Source: a virus
Lineage: Duplodnaviria; Caudoviricetes
Direction: 5' to 3' (one strand)
DNA length: 47,757 nucleotides
Virus record (IMG/VR): IMGVR_UViG_3300032231_000005
Coordinates: 1-47,757 of that record
The notes below the pieces were generated by a model. The model was not told the origin of the DNA. It saw nothing but the letters and a program-made list of their open reading frames with translations, and ran no database searches. A program made the position numbers and the translations under genes. Positions 1 through 8,646 of this stretch are shown here, piece after piece. The stretch's first letter is position 1; every line of letters begins with the position of its first letter.

Positions 1-2195
1 CCAACTCTCGGCGGGTTCTCAAGGTTGTGCCTACGCCATATATTCCGGCGGTGGCGTTGACCGTCTAACTTCCGGCACGTTGGGCAATGTTCTTCTGTAC
101 TGCCTAGATACCATTGCATCATAGGGTTGTACTTAGCACTATCTAAACCACGCGAATACGCCGGATTGACTGTGCCGTTTATCCACATGCGGGGCTTCTG
201 TGCGATCTCATCATCACTAATGCCATTATCAGAATATATATCCCGTGCTAAACGCCGGACGATGGGTGTCATGGATAGCTTCAATGCGCGTATAGTATCA
301 AGATCATCTTGCGTCAATGCGCCGTCAGCTACGCCACCCTGAATAAGCCCTGCCTCGAAGGCGCGTTCAATGTGTACACCTATCGTGGTCCTAAATCGTT
401 CTCTAAATGTGCTTTCGGGCATGTTGTCAGCTTGTGCGCGTTCTAACAATCTGCGAAAGTCTGCCTCAGCATCAGCCCTCACATTTGAAATCGCCTTAAT
501 CGACATGCGCTTACCCGCCTTTTCTAGCGTGTTCCCGCCCTCGCTATCTGCATCGTAATTGTCGTTGACGTAGCGCACAATGTCCTGTGGCACTTGCTCA
601 AATGTGAATGACGACTGCGCCTTGCTAAATCCCTTGCGCCGGATGTAGTCGAAGTATGTTTTGAGTTCGTTGAATTGCTCATAACTAACGGTGCGTTTGG
701 TTTCCGTGTCGTCTATTTCGTCGGTTTCTTCTTCGGTCTGCTCCGTCTCAGCTTCAACTAGCCCCGCTTCTTCTTCGAGTACCTCAACTTGCGCTTCACT
801 TTCATCGGCTTCTGACTGCGCGTTTAAAACCGCCGCCTCTGCGTACTGTTGCGCGATAGCTTGGTCTGTCGCTTCGGGGTCGTATGGCACATTGTCGCCT
901 TCGATGATACCGCCTAATGTGCTAGACGGCGCAATTTGCAGTTTCAGCACCGCCCAATCATCCAGCATTGACACCTTAACCCAATCGCCACCTGACATAT
1001 ACAAGTTTTCTTTTTCAGCTAATGCGGGGTCAACCACACCATCGCCTGCTAACTGCGCGTCCTGAAGTGACATCGTACCACGCGCAACCTTCATATCTAT
1101 TATTCTGTTCTTTTCTTCTGCGGTTGGCTGTAGGAAGGGTACGGTATCCTCAACTACTTCAATGCTGTAACCATCGCCATAGAATGGGACTGCTATTCTA
1201 TCGGTCATTCTGGAGGCGTACCACATGACACGCGGTAACACCCATGAGTACGCCCAATCGCGTCCGTCTTCACTGCGCGATAGCCCCGACTCGACCTCGC
1301 TCGGCAATATCAGTGATAACGGAACTTGGAAAGTCGCCGCGATTTTCATGGCGAGTTGCGTATCAACTTCAGACGTATTGAGGTCTTTGAACGCTGGCTG
1401 TAACTGCTCATATTCCCATCGCGTAGGGGTCACTAATACCTTACCCTGCTTGCTAGAACCCTTAAACAATCGCACCAAACGCTCCCTAAGACCGCCTGAC
1501 GGGTCGCCACCTTGAACAGTACCCGCTTGCATAGCCATTAAACTGTCTTGTGTCGGCTGGATCGCTAACGCCGGAACTGCACCGTTGCGGAATATCGCCA
1601 GCGTGGTTTGATCTACTTCGATATTTGCCTCTACTGACTTAAGCGCAACCTCTGCGGGGCTAACACCGTCCCAATCGTCGAATAGATCAATATCATTGAA
1701 GAATAGCGCATCGTCAACAGGAATATAATACCCGTCAAGCTCTTTTGCAAGGTCATCACCCGTTAGCCCCGTTCTGGATATATGCCAACCCTTAACCTCG
1801 TTGCTTAGTGTGTAATCCCTAACGATGATTGTCGGGTTGACCCATGTCAATTTTAGCGGGCGTTCCGTATACGCTTTGGTGATGTAATCAAGTGACCAGC
1901 CGTATATGGACGTGGTGGTTTCATTACGTTTCATCATATCTGTGAAGTTGTAATTAGGTGCGACCAGTTGCGATAATGGGTGCTTGTCCGGCAGTTTCTC
2001 GCCTTCAAACTTCGCCTCAAAACGCACGCGGGCTACGGCTTGCGCCCGTATGTTGGTGGCGGTGTACATATACGGTGAAATGGAATACAGCCACGCCAGC
2101 GCGTCACTGTTGTAATTATTGCCTATGCCGTACTGCCCACCTTGTCCGCCTATCCACGACTTAATAGAGGAGTTGACGTACTCATGTTGCGCCAT
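1..2195 (-). CDS. Portal protein fused to a C-terminal MuF/head-morphogenesis-like domain (truncated at left edge)
   Basis: Absent from the ORF track because it has no stop in the window. Manual translation from ATG 2195 is open for 731 codons to the edge (MAQHEYVNSSIKSW...HPLSQLVAPN...GVSPAEVAL...IFRNGAVP...IAATFQVP...TEEHCPTCRKLDGQRHR). HK97-type portal motifs; directly downstream of terL. Confidence 0.9.
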   Translation of the reverse strand, partial: MAQHEYVNSSIKSWIGGQGGQYGIGNNYNSDALAWLYSISPYMYTATNIRAQAVARVRFEAKFEGEKLPDKHPLSQLVAPNYNFTDMMKRNETTTSIYGWSLDYITKAYTERPLKLTWVNPTIIVRDYTLSNEVKGWHISRTGLTGDDLAKELDGYYIPVDDALFFNDIDLFDDWDGVSPAEVALKSVEANIEVDQTTLAIFRNGAVPALAIQPTQDSLMAMQAGTVQGGDPSGGLRERLVRLFKGSSKQGKVLVTPTRWEYEQLQPAFKDLNTSEVDTQLAMKIAATFQVPLSLILPSEVESGLSRSEDGRDWAYSWVLPRVMWYASRMTDRIAVPFYGDGYSIEVVEDTVPFLQPTAEEKNRIIDMKVARGTMSLQDAQLAGDGVVDPALAEKENLYMSGGDWVKVSMLDDWAVLKLQIAPSSTLGGIIEGDNVPYDPEATDQAIAQQYAEAAVLNAQSEADESEAQVEVLEEEAGLVEAETEQTEEETDEIDDTETKRTVSYEQFNELKTYFDYIRRKGFSKAQSSFTFEQVPQDIVRYVNDNYDADSEGGNTLEKAGKRMSIKAISNVRADAEADFRRLLERAQADNMPESTFRERFRTTIGVHIERAFEAGLIQGGVADGALTQDDLDTIRALKLSMTPIVRRLARDIYSDNGISDDEIAQKPRMWINGTVNPAYSRGLDSAKYNPMMQWYLGSTEEHCPTCRKLDGQRHRRNIWRRHNLENPPRV

Positions 2196-2239
2196 TAAAT
2201 CATGATGTGATTGGAATCTATTTTTAGGTTGTATATATG

Positions 2240-3670
2240 TCATAATGTGAACGCCTCAAAACTCATTGACCCTGCACGCATAGCGCGGTACATCAACGCC
2301 ACCGCATCAATATAATCATCGTGACCGCCGTCAGGGTGTGTGTACCGCCATACGCCGGATTGTGTTTGCTTGGCAATGAACGACCTGAATTCGTGCTTTT
2401 GCGCTTCGATGTCCATTAACTTTATCTCTCCTGAGTGTAGCGCGTGGTGTAACCCTGTCATCAAATTTGCCTTATCTTTCGATGTGAACACGAAACCAGA
2501 TACACGCGCCGTCGCCTCATGTTCACGCATTACATTATTCAACCCTGCAATGATAGATGTCTGTAACCCTGTGCTATCACCTAACACGCTTAACACGTTC
2601 CATTTTACGCACTCTAGCGCGATACGCCTGTACTGTTCGTCCCAATTCTTTACGTTATTCATAACAAGCGTGGCAACTTGAACGCCGTCGCCTAAACAGC
2701 CTATGGATAACACCGTCGCGTCATTGCTATAGCCAAAGTCCAACCCTGCGACGTATTGCTTACTTTCGTCCGGTTGGCTGGTATTCAACGCGGTATCGAA
2801 AAAGCCCTGTGTGTCACCAAAGAAGCCGTCGCCGGAAACAAGGAAACAACTATGAATGTCTTCGGGATACTCTTGTTTGAACTTAATAGGGTCTTGCTCG
2901 ACACGAAACCGTCGCCATTTAATTTGTTCTAAATCTAAGTTGTGCAATCGAATAAGTTCCGATTCCTCACTATCTTTTAAAATAATAATTTCGCCGTCAT
3001 GATCTAATGGTATACGCAAGTCTGGCTCATCAAACCACCTATAAAAATGCAACTTGTAAAACGGATTGCCATTGTAAGCGTCCATCACCATATTGTAAAA
3101 CTTGCCCTGCGCTCCGTTGGCTGTCGACTCTAGCCATACCTCCCCATGTAACGGCATCGCACCAAAGATAGCCGTCAATACGTCCGCTTCATTCTTCCAG
3201 TACGCAACCTCGCTACCATGAAAGAATGTAACCGTACCCGCCCGGGTGCTTTCAGGGCTACCCGCCGTGAATATTTGATCTTCACTATTGTATAACGGGT
3301 ATGTCATCATACTCGCTGAGGCTTCACCCCTCACGGGTTTAAAACCATCTGGCAATTCATCGTAAAAACGATTGCTGATGCGCCGTAACTTTAGCGTATT
3401 GCCTTTGTCGTTAGCCATTGTCGCTGACAAGCATGATCCTGTGGTTAATAGCCGGAACTTGCGCCCCTGCACATAGGTGGATACCCCGCGCTTACGTGGT
3501 TTGATAACGAGGTTGCGTAACGCCTTATGCTTGTCAATGTCAAGTTGAATAACGTTGTACTCAAATGGCACGATGTTAGTACGCTCATCTTGGATTTTAA
3601 GCAGGTGACGTGCAAACAAGTAATCGCTATTGGCGACTTGGGAGGGCGACGGCATGTTAGCTATCATCAC
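2240..3670 (-). CDS. terL: Terminase large subunit
   Basis: Walker-A-like KPRKRGVST, FHGSEVAYW Walker B, coupling motif ESTANG, nuclease GLDFG...DAT and C-terminal HDDYIDA. Confidence 0.95.
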   Translation of the reverse strand: MMIANMPSPSQVANSDYLFARHLLKIQDERTNIVPFEYNVIQLDIDKHKALRNLVIKPRKRGVSTYVQGRKFRLLTTGSCLSATMANDKGNTLKLRRISNRFYDELPDGFKPVRGEASASMMTYPLYNSEDQIFTAGSPESTRAGTVTFFHGSEVAYWKNEADVLTAIFGAMPLHGEVWLESTANGAQGKFYNMVMDAYNGNPFYKLHFYRWFDEPDLRIPLDHDGEIIILKDSEESELIRLHNLDLEQIKWRRFRVEQDPIKFKQEYPEDIHSCFLVSGDGFFGDTQGFFDTALNTSQPDESKQYVAGLDFGYSNDATVLSIGCLGDGVQVATLVMNNVKNWDEQYRRIALECVKWNVLSVLGDSTGLQTSIIAGLNNVMREHEATARVSGFVFTSKDKANLMTGLHHALHSGEIKLMDIEAQKHEFRSFIAKQTQSGVWRYTHPDGGHDDYIDAVALMYRAMRAGSMSFEAFTL

Positions 3671-4178
3671 GCCTCATCATATCTTCCCAAGTGAATGTTA
3701 CTTCGCCCTCATGCGCCACCTTGTCAGTGAACATGGCGTATGCCTTACCGAGGTGCACCAGTGCTTTCTGCGGGTCGTGTAACTCGAATTCAAATATTTC
3801 AGTCTGGCGCTCTTCACCGTCCTTATCGGTCACAATGGTGATGGTCTGCTTAATCTTTTTTATCAGGTGGGTGATCCCCGCCTCTTTTGCTTTCTTAATA
3901 TCTAAGGTTAGAGTAGCGGGGTCGATGAAGTCGCCTATGTCTCCCCTAGCATGTGCGGACAAGCGTCCTAACACTTCATCACGCGATAATGATTGTCCCC
4001 TTAAGAGTTCGTCAATAGCACTCTGTATCTTATGATTTCTTAAGTTTCCATGACCGATAACTGCTAACGTGTTGTCATCGCCCGCATAACCAGCGCGACG
4101 TGCCGACTCGGTGGCGTTCAATGTCTGTGCATAAGCGTCCACAAATGCTTTTTGTTTGCCTGTTAATTTACTCGCCAT
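3657..4178 (-). CDS. terS: Terminase small subunit
   Basis: LTGKQKAFVDAY..LNATESARRAGY HTH N-terminus typical of TerS; overlaps terL start. Confidence 0.93.
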   Translation of the reverse strand: MASKLTGKQKAFVDAYAQTLNATESARRAGYAGDDNTLAVIGHGNLRNHKIQSAIDELLRGQSLSRDEVLGRLSAHARGDIGDFIDPATLTLDIKKAKEAGITHLIKKIKQTITIVTDKDGEERQTEIFEFELHDPQKALVHLGKAYAMFTDKVAHEGEVTFTWEDMMRRDDS

Positions 4179-4181
4179 AAC

Positions 4182-4436
4182 CTACCCCGTGCTACTACCT
4201 TTTATCTCAACGTCGTACAAGTCCATTGCGTCCCGAAGCGCGTCTAATATAAAGCGGTACTGCTTGAAGTCGCCTGTAACACGCTGAACTCTATATAAAC
4301 CATCGAATTCAATGTCTAAGCGGATGTTGTACTTACGTAGCCTGTCTGCTAAAAAGTGCCACATAATATGGCGTTCGCTAGCATCATTAAACCTACGCTC
4401 TATAACGTTCTCTAATGCTGTTTGCTCATCCCTCAT
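4182..4436 (-). CDS. Hypothetical protein directly upstream of terS
   Basis: 84-aa ORF with SD CAGGTG, stop 3 nt before the terS start. Confidence 0.7.
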   Translation of the reverse strand: MRDEQTALENVIERRFNDASERHIMWHFLADRLRKYNIRLDIEFDGLYRVQRVTGDFKQYRFILDALRDAMDLYDVEIKGSSTG

Positions 4437-4489
4437 ATTTCACCTGCCCTATATTCACTTACAATAATTCACGCCATTCGAGGTTAGCA

Positions 4490-5272
4490 TCAACCATGAT
4501 ATAAACGCATTGAGAAATTGCCGAACACTACGAGGTTGTTATTCGACGCATTAACCGCAGTCAATCTAATATCAGCCCCGACAGGGTATCCGCGTCCATC
4601 TACATAATCAATTAAATCTTTGGGGTCTAGCACCAAATCGTCTTGGCTAGTCCATGACCCCCCATTGTTGCGTACCCTTAACTGTGCCTCTGCCTTGCCC
4701 GTCCCACCACTACGTAACACCTTCCCGCTACATTGATATAATTTAGCATCTGCTATAGTGTCGCCGTTATGGGTTACGGATGGAATTGTATAAATAGCCA
4801 TTCGTGTTTGCCCAGTTGACGGCATTATTTTAGCGACCTCTGTACCGCCAATTGTGATTGATATAGTCCCTTCATTAACACCTGTACTGCCAGCCATAAC
4901 GACAAAAGCACGATAGCTACGATAACCATCTGGGTCAACGGCTACCGCAGTTGTGCCATTCATGTTTGCGGTTGCCATAAATTCGACAAAACTATCATCT
5001 TGCCAAACGACAGCTACTGTTCTAGCACCTGTCCCTAGCAATGTGTCATTAACGTTGTCGGACACAATCTCCAATGCCCCCGCACTTGCAGGGAATGGAT
5101 AGACAAGAACAGTAGCCCCGCCGTCCCATATGTCTGCTGGCGCAGATTCGCTTACCGTACTGTCAACGTCCGTATTACGCCCAAATTTGAATACTGGGGT
5201 GTACCCAATAGGTTTACCCTGTATTAACTCTGTGAGGCTTTGATCTGCCCCGCCAAAACCATCAATTGGCAT
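4490..5272 (-). CDS. Putative virion structural/decoration protein
   Basis: Beta-rich, G/T/A-rich; FKFGRNTDVD...IWDGG...DTLLGTGARTV resembles a recurrent phage structural family. Confidence 0.5.
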   Translation of the reverse strand: MPIDGFGGADQSLTELIQGKPIGYTPVFKFGRNTDVDSTVSESAPADIWDGGATVLVYPFPASAGALEIVSDNVNDTLLGTGARTVAVVWQDDSFVEFMATANMNGTTAVAVDPDGYRSYRAFVVMAGSTGVNEGTISITIGGTEVAKIMPSTGQTRMAIYTIPSVTHNGDTIADAKLYQCSGKVLRSGGTGKAEAQLRVRNNGGSWTSQDDLVLDPKDLIDYVDGRGYPVGADIRLTAVNASNNNLVVFGNFSMRLYHG

Positions 5273-5281
5273 CGCGCCCTC

Positions 5282-5596
5282 CTATTCGTATAATGTAATC
5301 GTTACCGTTGCACTAGCGACATCCGATATAATCTTAAAATTGTTCAGGTTGTTATACCCGTATACATCAATGGTAGCTCCAACCGCGATCACATGCCCTA
5401 ACCCTGACACCGTAGGCGTAGACCCCGTTAACGTGTAACGGCATATTTGCCCTGTGACGGTTAGTGTCATCGCGGTGGCTTTTTTTATTTGGTCAGTTGT
5501 GAAACCGAAATCTGTTAAATCGAAGGCGGTAATACCTAGCGTGGTAGTATGCGAAACATTATCCGAAAACGCTTTGAAGACTTCTACAGCACCCAT
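5282..5596 (-). CDS. Small beta-rich putative structural protein, first gene of late operon
   Basis: RYTLTGSTPT..GH motif seen in small phage virion proteins; SD AGAGG. Confidence 0.45.
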   Translation of the reverse strand: MGAVEVFKAFSDNVSHTTTLGITAFDLTDFGFTTDQIKKATAMTLTVTGQICRYTLTGSTPTVSGLGHVIAVGATIDVYGYNNLNNFKIISDVASATVTITLYE

Positions 5597-5618
5597 AATA
5601 ACCTCTTGCTATATTAAA

Positions 5619-5657
5619 TTACCTTACAGTATACAGTAAGGTAAACAAAAATAGCAA
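5619..5657 (-). promoter_or_regulatory. Putative late promoter with palindromic operator
   Basis: TTGCTA-18-TATACT on minus strand; inverted repeat TTACCTTAC-N8-GTAAGGTAA (5619-5644) centred on the -10. Confidence 0.6.
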
Positions 5658-5746
5658 ACACGCCGTTTGGGTAGCGGTTCGCTATTTTTGCAAGGAAGCC
5701 ATAATGAATGTGCAATCAGTGTACCCTATATCCCAATTTATCGCAA
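5643..5746 (-). ncRNA. Putative small RNA unit B (promoter + anti-RBS segment + terminator)
   Basis: TTGCGA(5746-5741)-17-TACACT(5723-5718); RNA reads ACAUUCAUUAUGGCUUCCUUG then hairpin CAAAAAUAGC...GCUAUUUUUG. Confidence 0.55.
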
Positions 5747-5762
5747 GTTATGGGTGCGCCAT

Positions 5763-5873
5763 AAACGACAATAGACCCCGCGCAATGCAGGGTCTATTGC
5801 CATACAGGTGAAATATGATGAGGGTAATGTACCACCCCTGCCACCATAATACACTGTTTAGATATTATCGCAA
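5763..5873 (-). ncRNA. Putative small RNA unit A (promoter + anti-RBS segment + terminator)
   Basis: TTGCGA(5873-5868)-16-TATTAT; RNA contains CCCUCAUCAUAUUUCACCUG, then hairpin CAAUAGACCC...GGGUCUAUUG (5769-5799). Confidence 0.6.
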
Positions 5874-5881
5874 GCTATCGG

Positions 5882-6271
5882 CTATAACATGCGTAATTGT
5901 TTCATGTATACTTTGTCAGCGTGTCGCAAGGGTTGCTTGTGGATTTTCCCATGACTTGGAACAATAGAACTAAATTCGCGTAATGATCGTTGATTGCAAC
6001 CACTGTCCCACTCATACCCGTTTTCGCTAGGCAGTACCCCCTCTAATGCCTCTATGGCATCCTCCTTTTCCGTGTTGGTTACAATTTTCTTTGCGCCCCC
6101 TCCAGCCCTATCATCATACGTAACCGCGGTAAACCCATATTCAATGATACTTTCGGCACGACCCTTAATCGCATCACGCAAACCCGCCATATCTTCTAGC
6201 CATTGCTTTAATTGCTGTTTGTCGGTGCAATTTTCAATTTGTTCAATTGTTAATTCGATTTTGTCAACCAT
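5882..6271 (-). CDS. Hypothetical protein
   Basis: 129-aa ORF with SD, last gene of the leftward small-gene block. Confidence 0.6.
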   Translation of the reverse strand: MVDKIELTIEQIENCTDKQQLKQWLEDMAGLRDAIKGRAESIIEYGFTAVTYDDRAGGGAKKIVTNTEKEDAIEALEGVLPSENGYEWDSGCNQRSLREFSSIVPSHGKIHKQPLRHADKVYMKQLRML

Positions 6272-6324
6272 CGCTGTCCACCTTCATGTTCAATCTCATT
6301 AACTGGTAACTCGGCTCGTTGCTA

Positions 6325-6531
6325 TCAACCATCTATGCTTAGCCAATTCTCGCAGGCAGACGGCGCAAATTCATCCTCAATACACTGATGATAACGCGCA
6401 ACCGCTTTGTTATATTCACATTCATCGTCACAATCGTTCTCGATAGAGTGTATGGCAAACCAAATGATGACGGCCCAGCCAACAAAAAATAAAGATATCA
6501 TCACTGCATTATACAATTTATCGCTCATCAT
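6325..6531 (-). CDS. Small single-TM, Cys-rich membrane protein
   Basis: Hydrophobic N-terminal helix then CDDEC...C...C. Confidence 0.65.
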   Translation of the reverse strand: MMSDKLYNAVMISLFFVGWAVIIWFAIHSIENDCDDECEYNKAVARYHQCIEDEFAPSACENWLSIDG

Positions 6532-6893
6532 TTATCCACTTTCATCTTGTATTCATGTCTAATACCGTCCCATGACGGCACAGGGTTGTGATAAGCTATC
6601 AATTGCTTACGCCAATTTCTACCCTCAATCAACACATCATAGCAGTAATCAAACATGGCTTCCTCAATATCAATGCCGATATCATCCTTAGATTCGTAGA
6701 AAGCATATTCTGTGAGCGCGTCAAAATACGGGTAGAACCAATGCTGTTTATCAATAGACATATATACCGAGGGCTGGTAATTGATAGACCAATATTCCTC
6801 GCCATCTGGATAGCTGATGTCAATAAGCACAATCCACGCCCCCGACAGCAATTTGTTATACAATTCTTCTAACAAGTCTATCTTGCCCATCAC
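6528..6893 (-). CDS. Hypothetical protein
   Basis: ORF coupled to neighbours by stop/start overlaps. Confidence 0.6.
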   Translation of the reverse strand: MMGKIDLLEELYNKLLSGAWIVLIDISYPDGEEYWSINYQPSVYMSIDKQHWFYPYFDALTEYAFYESKDDIGIDIEEAMFDYCYDVLIEGRNWRKQLIAYHNPVPSWDGIRHEYKMKVDK

Positions 6894-7253
6894 TCACTCA
6901 CTTTCCGCACCTGCGTGCGTATTGTCCGTTTGGATAATCGACACTGATGAAAGTATAGTTGCCAGTAGCCACTTTTTGTCAGCCGTAGCGTCAGCAATCA
7001 CCTTATCGTAATCGTGGAATGTGACGGTGGCAATTTCATTTAACGGCACACATACCGTTTCCCGTACCACGCCACCAGCTTCCCAGCCCCCTGTTTCGAT
7101 GCGTAACTTATTCTGACACTTGTCAAACATGCCAGAACCATCCTCTATGCCCCAAAAACCTTTGGATAAGTCCACCCCATACGCTTCGATCTCAATACGG
7201 TGAATGTGCCTACGGAATCGCTCTAGCCCGTGTACCCTCATTTTAACTTTCAT
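6894..7253 (-). CDS. Hypothetical protein
   Basis: SD AAGGAG, coupled ORF. Confidence 0.6.
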   Translation of the reverse strand: MKVKMRVHGLERFRRHIHRIEIEAYGVDLSKGFWGIEDGSGMFDKCQNKLRIETGGWEAGGVVRETVCVPLNEIATVTFHDYDKVIADATADKKWLLATILSSVSIIQTDNTHAGAESE

Positions 7254-7464
7254 TGCTTCGCTCCTTATTCCCTACTTCGATGACAAAATCATCAACCGAC
7301 AGCGACATATATAGCGGTATGCCCTTGTAATCGGCATAGTACCGCAACAGTCTGCGGTTATAGCGCGATAGCCGGATACAATGTGGCTTAATGTTAAACT
7401 CCGCTAATGACGCTAGTACACGGTTGATGCGCTTCTCTAAGTCGTACCGTTCGGGGCTACGCAC
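7243..7464 (-). CDS. Hypothetical protein
   Basis: Coupled ORF in the leftward cassette block. Confidence 0.5.
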   Translation of the reverse strand: MRSPERYDLEKRINRVLASLAEFNIKPHCIRLSRYNRRLLRYYADYKGIPLYMSLSVDDFVIEVGNKERSNES

Positions 7465-7479
7465 TGGGGTTACTCATTG

Positions 7480-7692
7480 CTAATAATCTCCATTCCACAC
7501 CAGCACAGTATCACTCAGTTCATATTCTCGAACGTCATAAACGACCAACTCATCGCGACCCAAATCGCTTAGGTCAATATCTTTACGGACACGCTTTAAC
7601 GCTGTTTTTTCATTAGGGGCAATCACGACAATGTAGCCACCTAGATAGTGACCTTGCGTTACAACAACATATAGCTTGTCACTCATTGTCAA
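7480..7692 (-). CDS. Hypothetical protein
   Basis: 70-aa ORF typical of small phage proteins. Confidence 0.55.
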   Translation of the reverse strand: MTMSDKLYVVVTQGHYLGGYIVVIAPNEKTALKRVRKDIDLSDLGRDELVVYDVREYELSDTVLVWNGDY

Positions 7693-7909
7693 ATAGCCCT
7701 TGCATCAAGCTGTCACAACGCGCCTCTGTATACCGCCATTCCTCAAGGCATACCGTGAGTGCTTCGTTACGGCGTTCTAGTTTGCAATTATCATCGCAAT
7801 GGAAAAACATAAAGGATATTGTCATTAACAACAGCGTTACCACACATATTATAGTGATGGTAATCTCAATTGAATATTCGCTGATGGTATCGCGCCAGTT
7901 ACTATTCAT
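7679..7909 (-). CDS. Small single-TM, Cys-rich membrane protein (similar to 6325..6531)
   Basis: Likely start MNSNW at 7909 with SD AAGGAG; TM helix then CDDNC...C...C. Confidence 0.65.
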   Translation of the reverse strand: MNSNWRDTISEYSIEITITIICVVTLLLMTISFMFFHCDDNCKLERRNEALTVCLEEWRYTEARCDSLMQGLFDNE

Positions 7910-8594
7910 TGCTTCGCTCCTTAATCTCAATTAAGTAATCCCACTTACCCGCGTCCATGTCCATCTCAAAGCTGGCGACCATGTAATCAATCGCCAACTT
8001 GTACGCCTTAACATTAACGCTGTAAGCAAAATCACTCTCAAGGCTTCTGAACTCATTTACCGACAACCGCGTCTTACACCCCGCGCTTAATTGCAGACTA
8101 ATTGTATTTTCCCCTATATGGAGCGAGCCGTATAACCCATACTCCAAACTGTTGTTGTTAATGCTGTATATACCAACCGCGCCATGCAAGTTCGCATAAC
8201 GCAAGTTCGCACCGCGCAAGTTCGCATCACGCAAGTTCGCATAACGCAAGTTCGCACCGCGCAAGTTCGCATCACGCAAGTTCCCACCATGCAAGTCCGC
8301 ACCGCGCAAGTTCGCATCACGCAAGTTCCCACCATGCAAGTTCGCACCGCGCAAGTTCGCATCACGCAAGTTCCCACCATGCAAGTTCGCACCGCGCAAG
8401 TTCGCATCACGCAAGTTCGCACCGCGCAAGTTCGCATCACGCAAGTTCGCATAACGCAAGTTCGCATAACGCAAGTTCGCATAACGCAAGTCGATTACCT
8501 CACTCGGTTTATCTTTGTTGAGTTGGTTAAACGCGGTCACGTCTATCTTTAACAAATTGATTAATTCATCTGTTGTATATCGCTTGTCACTCAT
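7902..8594 (-). CDS. Pentapeptide repeat protein
   Basis: About 20 A(N/D)LRX pentapeptides encoded by 15-bp tandem repeats (~8181-8490). Confidence 0.93.
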   Translation of the reverse strand: MSDKRYTTDELINLLKIDVTAFNQLNKDKPSEVIDLRYANLRYANLRYANLRDANLRGANLRDANLRGANLHGGNLRDANLRGANLHGGNLRDANLRGADLHGGNLRDANLRGANLRYANLRDANLRGANLRYANLHGAVGIYSINNNSLEYGLYGSLHIGENTISLQLSAGCKTRLSVNEFRSLESDFAYSVNVKAYKLAIDYMVASFEMDMDAGKWDYLIEIKERSNE

Positions 8595-8646
8595 TCTGTT
8601 TGCTCCTTAATTTTCCAAAGTTTGGATTATTCGATTACCGAATGTC

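Noticed and set aside
127-2164. Plus-strand ORFs in the track
   Set aside because: Antisense shadows of the minus-strand portal-MuF gene; Ser-rich with no RBS.
5704-5970. Plus-strand mini-ORFs starting at the RBS-like segments (about 35 and 50 aa)
   Set aside because: They run through hairpins and promoters, have no clear plus-strand promoter, and the longer one overlaps a minus-strand gene. Antisense RNA explains the layout better, though mini-ORFs are not excluded.
8114-8552. Alternative-frame repetitive ORFs (MRTCV..., QVRIT...) and a possible CRISPR or DGR-like repeat
   Set aside because: These are shadows of the 15-bp pentapeptide coding repeat. There are no unique spacers and no reverse transcriptase in the window.
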